Shown here: positions 24,380 through 35,423 of the stretch, piece by piece | How positions within the stretch are numbered: position 1 is the stretch's first letter | How the letters are laid out: each line of letters begins with the position of its first letter | DNA from: Zancudomyces culisetae HAW-14-8 | Lineage: Eukaryota; Fungi; Kickxellomycota | DNA length: 64,000 nt | Reading direction: 5' to 3' | Assembly: GCA_052426225.1 (NCBI GenBank) | Contig: JBNJNM010000006.1 | Coordinates: 496,001-560,000, forward strand | Notes under the pieces: generated by a model | What the model was told of the DNA's origin: nothing | Database searches by the model: none | The model's input: only the letters and a program-made list of their open reading frames with translations | Translations under genes and position numbers: made by a program

Positions 24380-25432
24380 ATGTTTGAAACTCTTAACTCT
24401 GAGCGCATTGATTTAGCTAAAGGAGGTTATAGGAAGATAATACTTTATTCTGAACACAACACATATGGGAGTATTGGAGGAAAGGGCATTCTGATGAAAA
24501 CACCAAGCAACAATAATACACAACCACCAACAATAATAGAGGGTATTCCTGCAGGTATATCTCCAATTCAAAAAAGGGTACATCTACCAGACAAAAATAT
24601 CACAATGGCTGAAATGCTTCAGCAAAACAGCGTGGAAAAGATCAATTTCTTTGGTTGTAACAATAACGGTGTACTAGCAAGATCCAGCTACGAACATGTG
24701 GGAAACACACCCATGTATGATTCATTGCATGTGGATAGCTCCTTTTCTGAAAACGATCTAATCCAAGAATCTGTAACCAGCAAAGCACCAGGGAGTCACT
24801 TCGCAAAGGCAAAGAAGAAGAGCCTCTTTTCGATTACACAAACTTGCTTGAAAAAGGCGTTTGCTAGGAAACCACCCAAGAGTAGTGTTGAACGCCAAAA
24901 GCTTAAAGAGTTGGCGTTTGACGAAGATATCCCAATAAACATATATCCCGAGCTTTTGGATTTTGTACCATTATCATTAAGCAAAGGCTCAATTTCCGAT
25001 TTGAAAACAAAAGTTTCTGGGAAACTCAACGACAAATATCCAACAATTCGTTCATCACAGAGTATGGACGATGAATTGAGTGAACATAGTAATACTTCAT
25101 CGAGCAGATCGTCAGTAACATACGTAGATAAAGAACAAACATCAGCCAACCTTCGAACTTTAAAAACAATATACGTAATAAGCGCCGAAAAACTAAACCA
25201 AAATAACAAAAGATCTCTTTCCCAAACCGTCTTGATAAAAAATATTATGAGGGCAAGCGAGGATAAGATAGCACGATGTTCGGGTTATGAGCTTGAAAGT
25301 GTTAGCTGTGTAGATTTGGCACTTAGTAGGATGTTTTACAAAGAATACAGTGTTTTTGAACATCCCCCCTCAGACGTTATGAGGTCATATCGAACTCGTG
25401 CTAAAAATAAGAGAGTTTTGGCTGTATACTAG
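24380..25432 (+). CDS. Low-complexity protein with C-terminal Zds_C/SERTA-like motif (start uncertain: 24380 or 24494)
   Basis: Long open frame. KTIYVISAEKLNQNNKRSLSQTVLIKNIM matches the IY..S..KL....R.L...VL..N.M pattern. Confidence 0.65.
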   Translation: MFETLNSERIDLAKGGYRKIILYSEHNTYGSIGGKGILMKTPSNNNTQPPTIIEGIPAGISPIQKRVHLPDKNITMAEMLQQNSVEKINFFGCNNNGVLARSSYEHVGNTPMYDSLHVDSSFSENDLIQESVTSKAPGSHFAKAKKKSLFSITQTCLKKAFARKPPKSSVERQKLKELAFDEDIPINIYPELLDFVPLSLSKGSISDLKTKVSGKLNDKYPTIRSSQSMDDELSEHSNTSSSRSSVTYVDKEQTSANLRTLKTIYVISAEKLNQNNKRSLSQTVLIKNIMRASEDKIARCSGYELESVSCVDLALSRMFYKEYSVFEHPPSDVMRSYRTRAKNKRVLAVY

Positions 25433-28134
25433 CCTTTGTATTTTATAACGATCTCATGAAGCATTCCTTGACCTCAACTTATCTTTTCTAGACTTATCAT
25501 GCCTTACAACTTAACCCATCTTACTTTTTGGTGTCCATTAAACTTGTTTTCATGAATTTACCTTAAAACCAACATTTATAAATCAAGTTTTTTGGTCTTG
25601 TAATTTTACACATTTCTGATTTATAATAAATCTGTTTTTGGCATTATTTCAGATCAAAATTTTCAAAAACTCAATTTTTTGCCTAAAAAATTTGATAATA
25701 TATTTTTAAGTGTGGGGTTTACCTAAAAAGCTTTTTTTTTGTAGCGTACAATTTGTAAAATAAAGAAGTTTTTCGTAAAGCCAAATGTGGTATAAATTCA
25801 CGAAGTTTTATCTCGGGTATGGTACTGGTAATAACGGGGGGTAATGTTTGTATTATTTCGTTCATTATGCAAAGTGTGCCTGTATAGCTGCTTTACTGCG
25901 AGTAGCACAAACATTTTGGGGGTTGTGAATGTTTGAATTTTTTTTTGGAAATGAATTAGTTTACGAATATCGTTATCAGTATTTTTGATAAATGGATTAT
26001 CTTGATTTGCAGAAAATTGCTGAAGAAAACTATTACTCTTTTATAAGATCATTAGGTATTGCAAAAGTAATATCTCACCAATAAGTGAAGCGTACAATTT
26101 GTAATACGGCGCTTATTGTCAAATAGATAATTCGAGATCCTTCGCTGATCATTGATTAGCTGTGTGTACTTTGTTAGCTCTGTTTTCCTCTAAAGAAAAA
26201 AAAAGCAAAAAGAGATTTGGAATTACGGAGAAGCTGCGGCGTTGAGGGGGGTTGACAGCGAATGTGATTGCTGGTTTTGGTTGTCGTAAGCGATAGAATT
26301 TTGAGCTACCAGCATAGCCTTTGCTTGGATTATTTTGTTCAGTGTTTTTTGATAAGCTATACATATATCCGTACACACTTACAAAAACGTATTTATGTGT
26401 TGGGTTGTGGTTGCTACTAAGCACAAGTCAGTATTCGTGAATCTTGTCTGATGGGTACTGCGACTTTTAGAACAAAGATTCAAGCTTTTTTCAATTATAA
26501 CCACATATTCACGCAAAAAGGGGTCCACGTCACATATTTTAATGATGCATGTGATGAGGTGGTATCATAGATGTGGGTAGTTTAATTGTTTCTGATCGTT
26601 TTTTTTTCCTCATTGTTTGGATTTGCATAACCAGGTATCAAGCATCAATAGGGGTGGTAGTTCAGAGAATGCAGAATTTATGTGATTACATGTGGTTTTC
26701 TTATACGCGCAAAAATTTTCAACCTGAATTAAGAATATTTTGGTCTACGAAGAGTGAATTACTCAAATGATGTCATTACATGAAAAAAGCACATTGTATG
26801 ATTTTTGAGCAATGAAGTGATATGACTCAGAACTTTTTTATTTTATTATACAGGTTTCGTTTGTATTACTGTTTCCCACAAAGCTAAAAAAAAAGAAAAA
26901 CAAAATAGAAAAAACCGGGATTGAGACGTAGGGTGGAAGGAAAGTGGAAGGAAAGAGGAAGGATAAACTGTTCTTGTAACACTAACTACTGACTACATAA
27001 CTAGTTGGCCCGTATTTATCATTCATAGCACATTCCATCTATATTCAGATAGCACAAAGATAAATGTACTGTTTTTATATTCCTCCTCCTTCTCCATAAA
27101 AAGACAAAAAAATTTGAGTTCATCGCAGGTTGTTTTATTCTAACATATGCAATTTCCACAAAAATAGTTATATCTCTAAATATGGAAAATACAGATAATA
27201 TACGCAATTAAATACTCACATACCTTGGAATTGCCAAAGTTATTAGAGTATATGGGAAAATGCCAATATGTTACATTTACACAATTCTGGAAAAAGGTTT
27301 ATTTCAACATTTGGATAGAGTATGCTTTATTCAATGCACACATGGGCTGTTTTTTTCTTGTTGTAGTGATATTATAAACAGGATGATGTTTATCAAAAAA
27401 AAAATCATATCATTTCTTGCACACTAAGGTCGGGATAAGGGGGGGATTTCCACTCTAGCAAAAAGTAGTCATGAATTGTACTTGTGCATATCAAAAAAGC
27501 ATTACATATAACTACGTCCTTGATCATCCATAAAAATACACTGGACTATTTTAAGAAGGGAAGGGACAACGGGGATGGGGACCTGGTTCTCTCGTTTATA
27601 AATCTATTGAACATAGTATAAATCATGGTTTCTCTGTAAAGATGTAAATAATGGGTATCAACAAAAACTATACAATCGATTGTTACTCAGAAATTAAAGA
27701 CACTACACACTTTTTTATTCTGTACACAATGGTAAAGTATGTGGTTTAAAAAAAAAGATGTTGTTGATCAATTCCAGAGTAGTGTACTAAAAAAAGGATA
27801 AAATGTATTGAACAAGGGTACAAGCGACTTAAAAGTACTACTATTTACACTGCTTCCAGTAGTGTTACCGTTGTAAATCCCGCTGCATTTGCTTAAAGTT
27901 AGTAGTTTTGATTCACGTGGATCATTATAAAAATGTCCAAAATGTGAGAATGGCCAACAGATCAAGTATTAGTATAGCCTGAGAAAATTATAGTATATAG
28001 TACTTGGAAGTTCATGGGACAAAATAATGCAAAGAGAATCGCTTTGTTTCTTTTCCTCCTCGCAGAGTTTTTTTTACCTTTTTTCTATGCTTGTTTTTTT
28101 ATTATTGTCATTTTTTAAAAAAAAGTCATCAGCT

Positions 28135-28151
28135 AAAAAAAATTTTTTTTT
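28135..28151. promoter_or_regulatory. RRPE-like AAAWTTTT element upstream of SDA1
   Basis: aaaaaaaattttttttt about 160 bp upstream of the ATG. Similar elements occur upstream of FCF1 (51941-51955), GPN3, TCTP and PRS. Confidence 0.35.
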
Positions 28152-28308
28152 AATTTGATGAAAAGCCAAAAAAAATAAATATAAATGAATGTGTAACAAT
28201 ATTTAAGTTCGTTTTAAAAGCTAGCATAGGTTATGAATATAAGGTAGCTGGCTATAAACACAACCTATTCAATAAAAAAAGTATAGAAAATATAAACAAA
28301 CAACAAGA

Positions 28309-30546
28309 ATGGTTCGAAAACAACGGGCAACAGAATTGCTAAACAACTTACCACAGTTGCAGAACCTAATAAAGAGAGATCCAGAATCATACCGAGAGGA
28401 ATTTCAGCAGCAATGCAGACATTTTGAGGCAAGTATGACGGTTTTTGAGCTAAAGCCAGAGGAAGAGAACAAAGAGTTTGGAGACGTTATCATGTTTTTA
28501 TCGCATGTAGCTAGTTGCTATGGAAATGATCTGATCAAGGATTTTGGACAAAAGCTTTTAAAGCTAATACAAAGACACTATATGATAATGGGACCAAATC
28601 TACGGAAGAACATGGTACAGAGCATGATACTATTGAAGAATAAAGGTGAAATAGCGAGCATGGAGATACTGCCCACGTTTTTCACACTATTTAGATGCCG
28701 TGATAAAGCGCTTCGGGAACTATTATATAGCTTTATAGTAAACGACATTAAAATAGCCAACAAAGGGAAACACAGAAATAATGGACTGAACAGGGGCTTG
28801 CAGAACTACATGTTTTCAATAATAAATTCACCAGAATCACAAGACAAATCGGGGCCAGGTGCGATATCGGCAAAAAAGAGTTTGGATGTGTGTATAGAGT
28901 TATACAAAAAGAACATATGGAACGACGAAAAGACAGTAAACGTAATAGCACAGGGATGTTTTTCGCCTATTACTAAAATATCTGTTACTTGCATAAAGTT
29001 TTTCCTGAACCCAGTTAGCAAAAAAAAGAAGAGTGAGGATGATGATTCAGACTCGCAAGGGGGTTCAGAAAGCGATGATGAAAACTTAAAGGACTACCGC
29101 ACAGAGTTGAGAGAAATACAGAAACAACAAGCACACACAAAGAAAACTAAGTCTAGAAAGCGAAAGTTACAGCGGGCGCTGAGATCTCACCGGAAGCAAG
29201 AAAAGGATGAGGATGAGGCGGAGGAGTACAATAAAAACCAGCCACAGTATAGAGTGCTCTCCCTTTTGCATGATCCTCAAACATTTGCTGAGCGGCTGTT
29301 TGCACGTGCAAGTAACAACACGTCGCAAAACAAAAAGACGGTTGAGCGATTTGAGGTACGACTGATGCAATTGAAGCTTGTATCGCGAGTACTCGGGTAT
29401 CATCAGTTATTTGTTATGCAGTTTTATCCGTTTATCCAGCGCTACCTACAGCCACATCAACGCGATATTACATCAATTCTTGCTCTGTTTGCTACTGCGT
29501 GTCACCAATACACACCTGCCGAAGTGATTCAACCACAAATCAGAACTATTGCAGACAACTTTGTCTCAGACCATTGCGCGCCTGAGGTTATTTCGGCTGG
29601 TCTCAACGCGATAAGAGCAGTTGCATCTAGACAACCATTAGTATTAGATTCTGATCTATTATCTGATCTTATAGAGTACAGAAAGCATCGTGATAAGGGT
29701 GTTGTCAGTGCTGCTAGATCGCTGTTGCAGCTATACAGAGAAAAAAATCCGGAGCTACTACACAAGAGAGAGCGAGGAAAAGAGATCTCCGAAGGCTTTA
29801 AGCGACAAAAGACAAATAGTTCTTTGTATGACCAGAACAACGTCGCTGAGGGTGTCGATGGAATTGAGTTGTTGGATCTCCCCACTCCTGATGGTAGCGA
29901 AGAGGACGTTCCTGGTACTTCTAATTCCAAGAAAGATATCTCTCCTGAAAATGAAGAGCTCGAATTTACATCTGAGGATGACTCTGGGTCTGAGCTTGAG
30001 CATGAGAATGAAGATGAAGATGAAAATGCAATCGAATCAGAAGATTCCGACTCTGATCTTGAAACAGGCTCTGAATCAGATTCCGAATCTGTACCTGAGG
30101 ATTCAGAGTCGCTAAATACAGCGAATCAATCAAAACCACCAGGTGTTTCCTCCGAAGAACCACAACAGCCAAAGGTTCGCCTCGAGACAACCCGAATTAT
30201 TACTCAGGAAGAATTTGATAAAATTGACAAAATCAAACTCAAGCAACAAGAAGAGGGCAATTCCAACACCATCGATGACAACGAGATTGTAGATCCATTT
30301 GATATTTTAGGCGATTATCACTCCAGAAAACGCAAGAAGGCCACTTATGAAGAAAGAATGGCATCAATCCAACAAGGAAGAGATAATAGACCCAAATATG
30401 GATCAAACAAAAAGGGCAAGGCTGGTACTGGCAAGAGTACTAGTAATTCTGAGAAGCGGAAGACCAAAAACTTTATGATGATTAAACACCGGTCCAAAAA
30501 ATCTCTAATGGCAAAGAGAGCATTGTTGAAAGCAAAGAAAAAGTAG
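28309..30546 (+). CDS. SDA1: 60S ribosome biogenesis factor Sda1
   Basis: NLPQLQNLIKRDPESY.EEF, LHDPQTFAERLF, FYPFIQRYLQPHQRD, GLNAIR, STSNSEKRKTKNFMM. Confidence 0.97.
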   Translation: MVRKQRATELLNNLPQLQNLIKRDPESYREEFQQQCRHFEASMTVFELKPEEENKEFGDVIMFLSHVASCYGNDLIKDFGQKLLKLIQRHYMIMGPNLRKNMVQSMILLKNKGEIASMEILPTFFTLFRCRDKALRELLYSFIVNDIKIANKGKHRNNGLNRGLQNYMFSIINSPESQDKSGPGAISAKKSLDVCIELYKKNIWNDEKTVNVIAQGCFSPITKISVTCIKFFLNPVSKKKKSEDDDSDSQGGSESDDENLKDYRTELREIQKQQAHTKKTKSRKRKLQRALRSHRKQEKDEDEAEEYNKNQPQYRVLSLLHDPQTFAERLFARASNNTSQNKKTVERFEVRLMQLKLVSRVLGYHQLFVMQFYPFIQRYLQPHQRDITSILALFATACHQYTPAEVIQPQIRTIADNFVSDHCAPEVISAGLNAIRAVASRQPLVLDSDLLSDLIEYRKHRDKGVVSAARSLLQLYREKNPELLHKRERGKEISEGFKRQKTNSSLYDQNNVAEGVDGIELLDLPTPDGSEEDVPGTSNSKKDISPENEELEFTSEDDSGSELEHENEDEDENAIESEDSDSDLETGSESDSESVPEDSESLNTANQSKPPGVSSEEPQQPKVRLETTRIITQEEFDKIDKIKLKQQEEGNSNTIDDNEIVDPFDILGDYHSRKRKKATYEERMASIQQGRDNRPKYGSNKKGKAGTGKSTSNSEKRKTKNFMMIKHRSKKSLMAKRALLKAKKK

Positions 30547-31082
30547 TTTTGTTTCCTTCTGCTTTCTTGTTTGGCAGTTTCCACTTTTTATTTTACTATG
30601 TACATATTCATTATTCACATGTTTTTCAAGTAAATATATAACTTTATTTGTTCATCACGCACAGGCATTGAACTATGTCGCACTGGTTAGTTGCTGAACG
30701 AATTCTGTTGTTTAATGAAGGCATAGTCCAGAATTTGCAAATGTTGAAATATCAGTAGTTTATTTACGCTTGATTGGATTTGTTTGTTTTTTTTATTGCA
30801 ATGCTGTTTCCATGCTGGCCAATCCAAAGTGTGTTCCAAGTTGTTTTTGATTTTGGCATGTAAAATTTTAGAAATGGTTAAAGCTGATGTTTGCTCCCCT
30901 TTTTTTTTCTTCATTCACTACCTTACCTTTGCTATCCAAATATACTCCTTGGCTCAAGTGGTGAATTAAAATTGCACATAAACTAGAGAAGCTCGAATCA
31001 TTATTCCTAAGCATTCTTGTACAAGATTTATATCAAAGTATTAATTTTATTGTCACCAAGGACCGTAAATACATAATCAGCA

Positions 31083-32230
31083 ATGTCAGATATCGAGAAC
31101 CAATCTGCGGAAATCAAAAAGGAAAATACCAGTGCGTACGTTCCGAATCCAAATTCTCGTATTCTAGAGAAGGTAAATTACCTTTTTTCTTTTTTTTTTA
31201 ATTAAAAACATTTATACTTTGTACGGCTCTTTTTGTTTAGGCTGAGGATTGTAGTTTGCAATGTTATTTACAAATCAAATAGGTACTGGAGATAAATAGC
31301 GATTTAATCGAATTATGCAAAGATTTTCAAAATATGGGCCTTGTGAACGATCCAGAGTATATGCTGTGAGTTTTCTTCTTTCTTTGTATTACCTAACTTT
31401 TTACCTCTTATTCTTTACAGTTTAGTAATCCTTACAACAATAGTTTTTTTTAACCTGATTTTATGATTATTTGTTCATTTTTCTAACCAGATATTAGTGT
31501 TACATAAAATATAGGTACCAAATGAAACTGCAATCGAATTTAAAATATTTGGCAACTATTTCTGACTACTACTTGAACCCTATGAAGGTAAATTATCAAG
31601 ACACTCACCGAGCTTTGTATAAATATACATTTCTACTTAGCTTTATCTTTTAGTTATTTGATTATTTGATATATCATACCAACACACACTAATTTAACAT
31701 GCCTAATTAACAATATATTTTAGTATGAGCCTGATCTTAGGCCGCTTCCAATTATATCATCATTCAAAGAGCAGAAAAATGAAAATACGAAAAAGTCCGT
31801 AAATAGTAATACCAATAGCACTGAACATCAGAGCGGTGTTCAAAATAGGAATACAAACGATAACACTCTCAATGGTTTCAACACCTCAGCATTGGGACAT
31901 GAGGAGAGCAATACACTTCTGGACGCAAAGCAACACAAACTCCACCAAAAGATTGCAGAACTAAAGGTGGAACATGATAGGTACACAAGTTTGTGGAAGG
32001 AACGCCAACTGGAGCTTTCTAAGCGGGCCAAACTTGAGCTACTCAATAAGGATAAAGAGCGTTATATGAAATACAAAGAAGCCTATCCCACTGATAAAAT
32101 CGTGCAAGCTCTAGGCGAAAACCGCACTGAGATTGACTTTGAATACTTGAAAGCCAATGAGCCGACTAGCTCGTACAAACCTTTACCACCCTTTTCGTTG
32201 CCTGAAGGTGTAGAATTACCACCGTTTTAA
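31083..32230 (+). CDS. SS18/SSXT (SNH)-domain protein, SWI/SNF-associated (4 exons)
   Basis: Exons 31083-31172, 31283-31365, 31515-31587, 31724-32230 give ILEKVLEINSDLIELCKDFQNMG...YQMKLQSNLKYLATISD, matching the SS18 N-terminal domain. Confidence 0.85.
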
Positions 32231-33351
32231 TATTGTTTATTTCTCTGTTGACCTTTTTCAGGCTATGTCCATATGCGTTATTTTCATTTTTGTATTATAC
32301 ATTTTCAATGTTCGTATCGTGTCGCCTTTTTTCTTTTTTTTGCATTTCTTTACCAGTGTACCACATTGCATTTGGTCTAGCTTGAGGGTGTGGTGTATAA
32401 GTTTGGATAACGAGGGCAATACTTCATGTTTTTTTTTTCTCTTAGATGAGCAACGATGTCAGTGGAAATATGGCTGGTGAACATTTGCGAAAAATGCGAT
32501 AAATCCAAAGTACCAGCCTATGTCTCCGGTTTTTCTTGCTAATTGTGACATGCTTTGGTAAGGCATTCAAACTTTGAATAATTTTGACTTGGATAATGAA
32601 TTGATTTATGTGAGGGTAAAATTCTCAATTATGCAATTTTTTTTATATAATTAATTTATTGCTTTTCGATTCAAGTTTTTGCTAATTTTTTGCTAAAATC
32701 ACGAAAGTGAAACTAAATCTTTGCTTGGTATTAACATTGAGGTCAGAGGCACACATTCTCAAATAGAAACCGAGATCCCCAATTTGCACCAACATTATCT
32801 GTGCTGTATGCGAAATATATTACACATTTCACGTCATAATTTCAGAAATGACGTTCCCGACACAAGCTAAACAGGGGAAGTATAGGAAAAAAAAAGTGAG
32901 AGAGAGACGAAAAAAAAGAAACGTCTACTATTAAGTGGCATCCAGTAATTACACTATTAAAATGCAAATAACCGCTAATTATAATGGAATGCTTTGGGCA
33001 TTTAAATGGATGGATGTGTGTATTAGTAATTAATATAGCTGTTACTATTTAACAACCAGCTCAAACAGGGTTGTGCTTAATGTTGGTCGTTATTATCCAG
33101 TATTCATTCTGAAATCACAATGTGTTAATTCATTCAACTACATTGTTTGCATAATAACACACAAAAAATATACACTTTGTGATAAATGGGGATGCAGTAT
33201 AAAAGTTTTTTTTTTGACTTGGATCAGGCTTGATAATTCCTAGTTTTAGATTTTTCTATATATTGCTACACAAGAACTGGGTCATATTTTGGTTTTATTA
33301 TCAGTACAGAAATAGCAAACAAGACAGAGAAAGGCACAAAAAGTAAAAAGT

Positions 33352-35139
33352 ATGCAAAAGGAAGAGAAAAAGAAACAGGAAATGCAATATCCCGTACCTG
33401 TTAGTGGTGGCTCGTTTATAGTCGCTTGGAGAGCAAAGGATAAACATATACTCGTAATAGGCGGAGGAAATGTGGCAACAGGTCGCGTGTTTAACGCATT
33501 GGAGGCAGATGCAATTGTCACAGTGATATCCCCAAAGATCGATGACGAACTGTACTATAGATACAAGAACTCCCAAATAAACTGGATCCAAAGCGAGTTC
33601 AAACCGTCATTTCTGGACGAATTACAAGTGGATTTGGTACTATCAACCATCAATGACCATGAAAAGTCAAAAGAAATAGTAGAACTATGTAGACACAGAA
33701 AGCTGCCAGTAAACGCAGCGGATATCAATGACCTTTGTGATTTTTGGTTCATGTCTATGCATAGAGATGGCCCACTACAGATAGCCGTATCAACAAACTC
33801 CAAAGCGCCCAGGCTTGCCAATAGGATAAGAAGAAAAATAGCTGCAGCGATGCCGATTGGTGCTGGAAAGGCAATAGAGAACATAGGCGAGCTAAGAGAA
33901 AAAATCAAAGCTGGTAATCCAGGAATCCAGAATGTGGGCAGGCGAATGGGTTGGATGAAAGAGTTTTGCGACTATTGGCCCATTGAAGAGATTGCAAAAA
34001 TAGGTAGTGATGATATTGATCGTATTTTCACCTCTTACTTAGACCAGAAGAGTGCTGGGAGTGTGCCATTAAACGGAGTCAAGGTAGAAGAGGGACAAGC
34101 GGAAGAACGCTACCAGGTAGACAATGAGAGTCAAGTTGAAACCAAGCCAGCTTCCGATGTACCAGAAGAAAAACCTGAGGATCAGACTACAAAGGATAAG
34201 GAGGTGTTGGAAGAATCCACCTCTTCTTTATCCTCTTCTTCGGTGGGACAGGTGTATTGCAGGTCAAGGTTCTCGCCAAAAAACGCTACAGCGGGAGAAA
34301 GCGCGAAAGTTTCTGGATGTCTATATCTAGTTGGGGCGGGGATAGGAAAGCCAGAACTAATGACAATCCAGGCTAAAGAGGTTTTAGAAACGGCGGATGT
34401 GATACTTTCAGATAAATTGGTATCCAAAGAAATACTTGATATGATCTCAGATATACAAAAAGTTAGAAACAGCGAGAAGAAACTGGAGATATTCATAGCA
34501 CGTAAATTTACAGGGATGGCAGATGCAGCGCAGAACGAACTTAATATTAAGGGTTTAGAAGCACTTGAACAAGGAAAAGTTGTAGTAAGATTAAAACAAG
34601 GCGATCCATTTTTATATGGGAGAGGAGGAGAGGAAGTGCTTTTTTACGAAGAGCATGGGTACAAGTGCCGGGTAATCCCAGGAATTTCGAGTGCATTATC
34701 CGGACCTCTATTAAGTAGAATTTCAGTAACTCATCGCGGTGTAGCAGACCAGGTACTTATACTATCAGGAAACGACAGAAACAGAAGTTTACCAAAGGTT
34801 CCGGAGTATCTACAATCAAGAACGCTGGTGATATTGATGTGTATCAAGAGGCTGAATGACATTGTACAGCTACTACTCAGCTCTGGTTACCCTGCGGAAC
34901 TTCCCATCGCAATTGTTGAAAGAGCAGGAAGCGAGGATCAGAGGACACTTCGAGGGACGTTAAGCAACATCGTTAGCATTCTTGAAAGGCTTGGGAGCAA
35001 TCCACCTGGCCTAATAGTTGTTGGACATGTGGTAAACGTGCTACAATCAACCAAGCCATTTGAAATAAGTGATATCAATAGTATTGTTAGGGAAAACTCG
35101 CAAAACGTTGAAGAGTGTGGTGAGATGATAGCAGCCTAA
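33352..35139 (+). CDS. MET1: Fused siroheme synthase (Met8-like dehydrogenase/chelatase + uroporphyrinogen-III C-methyltransferase)
   Basis: N-terminal LVIGGGNVA, VNAAD...CDF, GPLQIAVSTN..APRLA. C-terminal LYLVGAGIG.PELMT, VVRLKQGDPFLYGRGGEE, IPGISSAL. Confidence 0.95.
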   Translation: MQKEEKKKQEMQYPVPVSGGSFIVAWRAKDKHILVIGGGNVATGRVFNALEADAIVTVISPKIDDELYYRYKNSQINWIQSEFKPSFLDELQVDLVLSTINDHEKSKEIVELCRHRKLPVNAADINDLCDFWFMSMHRDGPLQIAVSTNSKAPRLANRIRRKIAAAMPIGAGKAIENIGELREKIKAGNPGIQNVGRRMGWMKEFCDYWPIEEIAKIGSDDIDRIFTSYLDQKSAGSVPLNGVKVEEGQAEERYQVDNESQVETKPASDVPEEKPEDQTTKDKEVLEESTSSLSSSSVGQVYCRSRFSPKNATAGESAKVSGCLYLVGAGIGKPELMTIQAKEVLETADVILSDKLVSKEILDMISDIQKVRNSEKKLEIFIARKFTGMADAAQNELNIKGLEALEQGKVVVRLKQGDPFLYGRGGEEVLFYEEHGYKCRVIPGISSALSGPLLSRISVTHRGVADQVLILSGNDRNRSLPKVPEYLQSRTLVILMCIKRLNDIVQLLLSSGYPAELPIAIVERAGSEDQRTLRGTLSNIVSILERLGSNPPGLIVVGHVVNVLQSTKPFEISDINSIVRENSQNVEECGEMIAA

Positions 35140-35423
35140 GAGGCGGCACTTGCCACATATAATGTAGAAATGTAATAGAACAGTAAAGAAATAATTATAG
35201 AAACACCAGCATCTTTTTATCTTTTTATCTTTTTCTGCAGTTTTAGTATGCATGCATTACCTTTTCTTTATTTTAATTTTAATTTTAAAAAGCGTATAAA
35301 ATATCAGTTTGCACATTTGTGTCTGTATTATAAATGAGGCAAGTCGATATAAAAAACATGAAATTTGTAATAAAAACATGTAAATAAGATACAAAAGTCG
35401 ACAAACAACGATCACAAAAGAAA

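Noticed and set aside
25743-26105. 16-bp direct repeat agcgtacaatttgtaa at 25743 and 26089
   Set aside because: Only two copies and no LTR/TIR or coding remnant. Insufficient to call a mobile element.
33352-35139. Met8-Met1 fusion as novelty, or a functional link to eEFSec
   Set aside because: The CysG-like fused architecture is common in fungi and bacteria, and it lies ~27 kb from eEFSec with unrelated genes between.
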